Assembly (NCBI GenBank): GCA_048881705.1 | Contig: JBHLSH010000002.1 | Location: 114,109-178,108 of the forward strand | Direction of reading: 5' to 3' | Source of the DNA: Candidatus Heimdallarchaeota archaeon | Lineage (GTDB): Archaea; Asgardarchaeota; Heimdallarchaeia; Hodarchaeales; Hodarchaeaceae | DNA length: 64,000 bases | Shown here: piece by piece, positions 58,400-64,000 of the stretch | Layout: the number at the start of each line of letters is the position of its first letter | Numbering within the stretch: the stretch's first letter is position 1 | Notes under the pieces: generated by a model | Told to the model about the DNA's origin: nothing | Database searches by the model: none | What the model saw: only the letters and a program-made list of their open reading frames with translations | Made by a program: the position numbers and the translations under genes

Positions 58400-59557
58400 G
58401 TGATTGATATAAGAATGAAGGAAATGGGTTCCAATTCCTCAACAAGGCTTGCCAAGAGAACCAAAAAAGCAACCCAGGAATGTAATATCTTGGAACATGT
58501 CAATTTAGAAACGGTTCACGATGAGTTAAAAAAATGGTTGGAGAGACACTCTTTTGATAATATCATTGTAAAACCTAATTGGGTTACTGCAAATCCATTA
58601 ACAAGAACAGAGTTAGATTTGTTCACCGCGACAGTTAGGACCTGCCTTGAAATAATAGAATCGGTAACCGTTGCAGACTGTCCCATTGATAAAACAAATT
58701 TCAATGATGTTAAATCTTTTTACAAGAACGCTCTTAAGGGAGATAAAATTAAAGTTCGAAACTTATGGAGGGATAGGACTATTATTGTGGATGTGCACGA
58801 TGATTCCTTGTTTATGCCGTTAATTGAAGCTGATAAGACGAAATACCGAATGGGGCCACAACGAAGGACACCGCAGGAGCATCACTTCGATGATACGCAT
58901 GAATATGGAGTGAGCAAACATATATATGAAGCAGAAGGAATCATTCATCTTCCAAGATTGAAAACACATAGATTGGCTGGGATCACGGGATGTGCCAAGT
59001 CGTTTATCGGAGTTGTTGTAAAAAAGTACTGGTTGCCACATTACACTCAAGATTATGATCAACCATCGCTCCCAACTAGCGTGGAAAGGCGCATACGGAT
59101 TGCACGAATGAAGGAAAGATACCGAATTCCATCGAAACTTGTTCCTCTAGCTATTAGGAAATACATTTTAAAATTGGCTGGAGCAAAAGACAAGGTAGAT
59201 GAATATCTGTTTGGTGGAGCGTGGGAAGGAAATGACACTATTTGGAGAACCATCTGGGATTTATTACAGATTTTTAAGCATATTCCTCAATTTTATATTC
59301 TAGATGGAAGAATAGCTGGGCAAGGCCATGGTCCAATGAAACCTGACCCACTACCCCTCCACAAGATATGGACCGGAGAAGATGCGCTCGCAGTAGATAG
59401 TTGTGGCTCGATGGCGCTTGAGACCGCAAAAGCAAAGATGCCCGAGGGATGGATTTCTCCTTATAGACATGAGAATATTAGAATTTTTGATTTTATGGCC
59501 ACGGGAGACAGCTCACCTCGAATGATTGACTTGGAGGCATTAAAACAAATGGTTTAG
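58400..59557 (+). CDS. DUF362 domain protein
   Basis: IIVKPNWV, VADCP, LPRLKTH..AGITGCAKSFIG, ILDG.IAGQGHGP, DALAVD. Confidence 0.82.
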   Translation: MIDIRMKEMGSNSSTRLAKRTKKATQECNILEHVNLETVHDELKKWLERHSFDNIIVKPNWVTANPLTRTELDLFTATVRTCLEIIESVTVADCPIDKTNFNDVKSFYKNALKGDKIKVRNLWRDRTIIVDVHDDSLFMPLIEADKTKYRMGPQRRTPQEHHFDDTHEYGVSKHIYEAEGIIHLPRLKTHRLAGITGCAKSFIGVVVKKYWLPHYTQDYDQPSLPTSVERRIRIARMKERYRIPSKLVPLAIRKYILKLAGAKDKVDEYLFGGAWEGNDTIWRTIWDLLQIFKHIPQFYILDGRIAGQGHGPMKPDPLPLHKIWTGEDALAVDSCGSMALETAKAKMPEGWISPYRHENIRIFDFMATGDSSPRMIDLEALKQMV

Positions 59558-59571
59558 TTATTTAGGCCGAG

Positions 59572-60909
59572 GTGGTAATGTTTTCACGAAAAAACAGTAT
59601 TTACGGGATTATCAGAGGTAAACGTTACAGGAAAGTTCTAGATCGCTATTCAGAGCTAAACAGAAACCAATGGCTACCATCAGACAAGATTGCGGAATTA
59701 TCATGGCAAAAAACCAAAAAAACGATATTGTATTCGTACAAGAATGTTGAATACTACCATTCGCTTTTTAAGGGGGCTGGTCTTCATCCTTCAGATATTA
59801 AAGACCCAATAGATATGTTAAAAATCCCTATTACCACCAAACAAGATATTAAAAGAAACTATCCACACAAGATAATCTCCCGAAAGGTAGGGAAGACAGA
59901 TTGGCATCCGCATTCGACTTCAGGATCAACAGGGGAACCTTTCGAATTTGCAGTAGATCACAATCTCAACATTGGACGGAGTGCACGGGATTTATTGGCC
60001 TACGAATGGGCCTTAAAACACAAGAGAGACAAGATTGTTTTTATCACAGGAGCTCGGGAAAAGAATTCTATTACGAGGTTAATTAACCGATATTTACGCC
60101 GACGCTTAATTATTTCTGCGTTTGAAATTCATTCGACGAAGGATTTGGAGGACTATATTGAGAAAATTGAACGATTTCATCCTAATTCGATAATGGGCTA
60201 TGTTTCCTCCCTCACAGTTATGGCCCAATACCTCGCGAATCACGATCGTTCTCTAGGAGGCTCCATTAGGAGTGTCATCCCTGCAGGTGAAACTGTAAGC
60301 GAAAGCTATAAACGTCTCCTTGAGGAGAGGATTGGACCCGTTTTTAGGAGGTACGGTTGCCGTGAGTTTGGATCGATTGCCGGTGAGTGTGATCACCATC
60401 AAGGACATCATGTTCATGCTGAATCATTTTTTATTGAAATAATTAAGAATGGGGAGAATGCGGATTACCGTGAGAAAGGGGAGATTATATTAACGAATAC
60501 AGAAAACCTAGCACTACCATTTGTTCGCTATAGTATGGGGGATATCTCAACATTGATAGAAAATCGATGCTCCTGTGGGCGTGGATTACCCCTCCTAGGA
60601 GACATCGAGGGTCGGATTGTCAGTTTGGTAAAGACCCCAAAGGGTAAGTTGATTTCTGTACATTACTTAACCTTACTGTTTGAAGATTATGGAAAATATT
60701 TTACTCAATTCCAAGCGATTCAGAAAACCCCAAATTATATGGAACTGTTAATTGTTCCCACAAGAAATGTTGACCAAAAAGTCGTGGACTTCATTCATAC
60801 ACAACTACAAGATTATGTCGGAGACGATTTTGAGATAGAAATCAGGCAGGTCGATTCCATACCCCTTGGGCCTACTGGGAAACGTGAGCTTGTACGGTCA
60901 GAACTATGA
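59572..60909 (+). CDS. Phenylacetate-CoA ligase-like adenylate-forming enzyme (CapK-like)
   Basis: PITTKQDI, STSGSTGEP, YGCREFG, RYSMGD, CSCGRGLP, EGRI. Confidence 0.88.
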   Translation: MVMFSRKNSIYGIIRGKRYRKVLDRYSELNRNQWLPSDKIAELSWQKTKKTILYSYKNVEYYHSLFKGAGLHPSDIKDPIDMLKIPITTKQDIKRNYPHKIISRKVGKTDWHPHSTSGSTGEPFEFAVDHNLNIGRSARDLLAYEWALKHKRDKIVFITGAREKNSITRLINRYLRRRLIISAFEIHSTKDLEDYIEKIERFHPNSIMGYVSSLTVMAQYLANHDRSLGGSIRSVIPAGETVSESYKRLLEERIGPVFRRYGCREFGSIAGECDHHQGHHVHAESFFIEIIKNGENADYREKGEIILTNTENLALPFVRYSMGDISTLIENRCSCGRGLPLLGDIEGRIVSLVKTPKGKLISVHYLTLLFEDYGKYFTQFQAIQKTPNYMELLIVPTRNVDQKVVDFIHTQLQDYVGDDFEIEIRQVDSIPLGPTGKRELVRSEL

Positions 60910-61162
60910 TACAATCAAAAAGACAACTACTATGCAAATCTGTGCCGCCTTATCAGGCCTTTTCAATATCCTACGAATTTGTACCATAAGAAAGGATTTT
61001 TACAAATATCCCCTTTCAGCACATTATCATATCCGATTCTTTCCTTATTCCTTCTTTTCTATCACATGGGTATATCGAAGATTCTGTATATCCCCAGATT
61101 TAGAAGTTAATGAATGGAAAAACCAATCAAATTGGTTTTTTAAGATGCGAAGCTAGATCTAG

Positions 61163-62698
61163 TTATTCACTGGATTCATATAATCTGTTGGTCAAACGTT
61201 TGGGGGTTGGAACGGATTCCATAAGAGTCTTTAGTATAGAAACCACTTCTCGGCTCTTAATGATCCTAAATCCAATTACAAGAACCATGAACACGGCAAA
61301 TGCAACCCCAAATGAACTGTATACGAGGGGTGAATCAATTACTGGAAATAAAAAGCCAATAACCAAACTGGCGGCAGTAATACCTGCTATTGTGATGAAT
61401 TTTCTAATGTCATACTTAATTGGATAAAGAGATTGACTTAAATGAAAATCCAATAGAAAAAGCGAAATAAAGAAAACTGTACGACTCCAAACAGCTCCAA
61501 GCGCACCACCACCTGGTACTAAAACAAGAACTGACAGTAGAAAGACCAAACTTGCAAAGGCATTACGAATTCCGGCCAAGCCTGGACGTTTTTTTACAAG
61601 GGGACCAAAACCTGTAAGCCGAACCAAAGCTTGAAAGACGAAACCAATGAACAGTACTGGAATTAAGGCCGTACTCTCCCAAAACTCTGGACTGGAAAAA
61701 ACAAGAACCAAGGAAGGTACAAACGTGCATAGGAATAGAGTTACAGCAATGATCACTACAAGATAAATTCTAGTCATTTTATTGACGAAACGCTGGATGT
61801 AATCATGGTTACCGATTTCATAGTTTTTGATAATAATCGTTGGATAGGATAAATTGACAACATAATCAAGAACTGCGAAGATATTTACAATAGATATTGC
61901 AACAGAGTAGATTCCTACTGTTTCATTTCCGTAAAGACCCAATAATAGGAGATTGAGGATGAACGTTTTTGTACTTTCGATAACGGTAACAAGCATGCTT
62001 GGATAAGAGAAATTGATTATTTCTTTGGCTCGGGAAAAGGTAAATAACTTTCCACTTCTTTTTGTAATCAATTCTAGAAGAAGAGGAATAATTAAAATCA
62101 GATAACCACCAATATGCGCGATCATCATACCCAATACTGACAGTTGCAATAATATACCAAAAATCACAGAACCTATCAAAGTCAAATATGGTATAACAGC
62201 CTGTAAACTGAAATATTTTATTTTATTCTGTCTTGAACGAAAGAAGGCCAGTAAAATGTTATCAAATGCAATGACTGGTGCAAGAAGACTCATCAAGCTA
62301 ATATCCAGGACATATGTCTCGCTTTGAAAAAGCACGATTCCGATAAATGCTGATGAAAACATCAAAAGGGATGAAAACCCCGAAAAAACTAATAAAAGAC
62401 AAATACTTGACAATAGGGTTAAATTAGATTGGATTGGATCTTGGAGTGCATCTTCTTCCGTCGTAAAACGGAATACTGCCACACCCATATTAAACCCAAT
62501 TAAGCTAGCGAGAACAGTGCTGTTATTAAGTAAGAAATAGAAACTTCCGTAGGTAGCAGGGCCGAGAAAAGAGGAGAAGAGCTTAACAAACACCACCCCA
62601 CGTAGTTTAGCAAGAATCATACCCAGAAAGGTCCAAACAAAGAATTCTGTCGCCTGTTTCTTAATCGAAGCAGGAGTAGCCAAGTGTTCCACGCTCAT
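61163..62698 (-). CDS. Oligosaccharide flippase (Wzx/MATE-like)
   Basis: More than 12 TM segments, LGPATYG, ETVGIYSVA, GGALGAVWS. Confidence 0.85.
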   Translation of the reverse strand: MSVEHLATPASIKKQATEFFVWTFLGMILAKLRGVVFVKLFSSFLGPATYGSFYFLLNNSTVLASLIGFNMGVAVFRFTTEEDALQDPIQSNLTLLSSICLLLVFSGFSSLLMFSSAFIGIVLFQSETYVLDISLMSLLAPVIAFDNILLAFFRSRQNKIKYFSLQAVIPYLTLIGSVIFGILLQLSVLGMMIAHIGGYLILIIPLLLELITKRSGKLFTFSRAKEIINFSYPSMLVTVIESTKTFILNLLLLGLYGNETVGIYSVAISIVNIFAVLDYVVNLSYPTIIIKNYEIGNHDYIQRFVNKMTRIYLVVIIAVTLFLCTFVPSLVLVFSSPEFWESTALIPVLFIGFVFQALVRLTGFGPLVKKRPGLAGIRNAFASLVFLLSVLVLVPGGGALGAVWSRTVFFISLFLLDFHLSQSLYPIKYDIRKFITIAGITAASLVIGFLFPVIDSPLVYSSFGVAFAVFMVLVIGFRIIKSREVVSILKTLMESVPTPKRLTNRLYESSE

Positions 62699-62801
62699 AA
62701 AGACAACCCAAGTGAGAATTTAGATCTATGATTCATAATGGACAACAAACTTCACTTGAATGAATCCTATGTACATTAATTATACACCAGTGCGATCAAT
62801 G

Positions 62802-63827
62802 TCATAGAACTAAACTCTCAAAAAAGGTTTCATATTCGTTCACAATCTCATCCCAATCGAACTTCAAGGCGGTACTCCTGGCATTGGAGGACATATGCTG
62901 AAGTTCATTAATATTTCCGATTAAATCTCTGAGGCGTTCTTCAAATGCTTCGAAATCCTCACATAGATATCCATTATGTCCATCCCGAATGATTTCGGCC
63001 ATAGAGGTGGCATTTCTTGCAAGAATCGGTAATCCTGATGCAATTGCTTCGAGAATGGCGTTACTGAGACCTTCATGAACCGAAGGAAAAAGAAAAATAT
63101 CGTGGTCTCGATAAATCCTTGGCATCTCTCCATATGATACACTTGTAAGTGTGATATTTGATAACCTCTGAATTTGGTCAGCTATCTCCTGGTGCATTTC
63201 CCCTTGACCAATCATAGTAAACTTAAGGTCAGGAAAATCCTTCGCTAATTGCACCACGATCTCTGGGTGTTTATGAGAGACCAATCTACCAACGTATAAG
63301 ACTCGAAGATTCTCAGGATCATTAGGTTCCTTTCGGGGAGAAAATAAATTGGTATCAACACCATTGTAGATGACAAAAGACGGCAAACCCCACTTTTCTT
63401 CAATTTCGCGGGCCGTTGTTTGACTAACACTGTGTACTACATCAGCAGCAGCTATCAATTTTTCGATTGCTTTGACATGCTTTGGCTCAATACGCCACGT
63501 TTCGGGCATTCCATGAACGCTCGTTACATGTTTTACTTTCTTGTTTGCTAAACGAGCAACTCTTAAAGATCTCAAGCAACTTGGGTTAAGCTTTGTGTGG
63601 ATAATATCAGGCTTAAAGCGATAAAGACGCAATGGCCAGGTCTTGTTCATCGTTAATAGAGAAATATGTGAAGCAAATTTCTTTTCACGTGAATACGCCA
63701 GGAAATGGAATTTCTCTGGCGGAAGACGTAATGCTATCAGTGTCCTATTGCGATTGATTGGATCTCCGATATAGGAGGATAGTTTTTTTGGTGTAACAAA
63801 AACGGCGTGTTCGAAGATTTTGATCAA
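62802..63827 (-). CDS. Glycosyltransferase family 4
   Basis: IYNGVD, LYVGRLVSHK, FPSVHEGLSNAILEAIASGLP. Confidence 0.92.
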   Translation of the reverse strand: MIKIFEHAVFVTPKKLSSYIGDPINRNRTLIALRLPPEKFHFLAYSREKKFASHISLLTMNKTWPLRLYRFKPDIIHTKLNPSCLRSLRVARLANKKVKHVTSVHGMPETWRIEPKHVKAIEKLIAAADVVHSVSQTTAREIEEKWGLPSFVIYNGVDTNLFSPRKEPNDPENLRVLYVGRLVSHKHPEIVVQLAKDFPDLKFTMIGQGEMHQEIADQIQRLSNITLTSVSYGEMPRIYRDHDIFLFPSVHEGLSNAILEAIASGLPILARNATSMAEIIRDGHNGYLCEDFEAFEERLRDLIGNINELQHMSSNARSTALKFDWDEIVNEYETFFESLVL

Positions 63828-63949
63828 TTCGTTTTCTCCGTTAATCCACGGGTTATTAGTGGGAAGGTGTTAGTACGGAAGTATTAGGGCAGTAATCAAA
63901 TATGAGATGAGCCCAAGGGAAGCCGCCATAGTACAAGGAAATGGGGTGC

Positions 63950-64000
63950 CTAATGTTTTGTCAATAGGTGAGCGGCGCTAATTATTCTTTCTGCGGCCCT
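63950..64000 (-). CDS. C-terminal fragment of a gene entering from the right edge (possibly UDP-GlcNAc 2-epimerase)
   Basis: RAAERIISAAHLLTKH* resembles the G.AAERIV..L C-terminus of WecB. Only 16 codons are visible. Confidence 0.4.
   Translation of the reverse strand, partial: RAAERIISAAHLLTKH

Noticed and set aside
3364-63430. Numerous 60-140 aa ORFs antisense to or nested within long genes (e.g. 7891-8292, 27104-27499, 37401-37679, 51548-51976)
   Set aside because: They fully overlap well-supported genes and have no recognisable motifs, so they are treated as spurious.
1-64000. rRNA, tRNA, IS/transposase, integrase, provirus
   Set aside because: No matching motifs or structures were found in the ORFs or in the intergenic gaps inspected by eye. 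A tRNAscan-SE/Infernal/ISEScan run would be the definitive check.

Overview
About 64 kb of densely coding archaeal chromosome. It is most likely from an Asgard archaeon (Heimdallarchaeia/Hodarchaeales-like). This is inferred from two longin-domain proteins, a CTERM-anchored surface protein, archaeal lipid enzymes and F420 genes; no marker gene is present to confirm it. From left to right: partial ABC exporter, uvrA, orphan histidine kinase, geranylgeranyl reductase, M.TaqI-like DNA methyltransferase and a tandem-longin protein. Next comes a putative isoprenoid/membrane-tailoring block (14.6-22.7 kb): UbiA prenyltransferase, 7TM-longin fusion, GGR-like flavoprotein and a 1218-aa DUF362-membrane fusion. 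It is followed by an unusual non-coding unit (TATA box, solitary CRISPR-like repeat, G-rich tract, U-tract) and a preQ0 transporter. Three more nuclease-free DNA methyltransferases bracket a PiT/DUF47 pair. The right half holds a cofD-Dus-like-cofC F420 operon, metF with split metE, and a large surface-glycosylation locus (46.7-64 kb) containing a GH47/EDEM-like surface protein, AglXYZ/WbuXYZ-like genes and a second DUF362 protein. I found no rRNA, tRNA, transposase, integrase, cas gene or multi-repeat CRISPR array. All family assignments are from reading motifs by eye; no database search was run.
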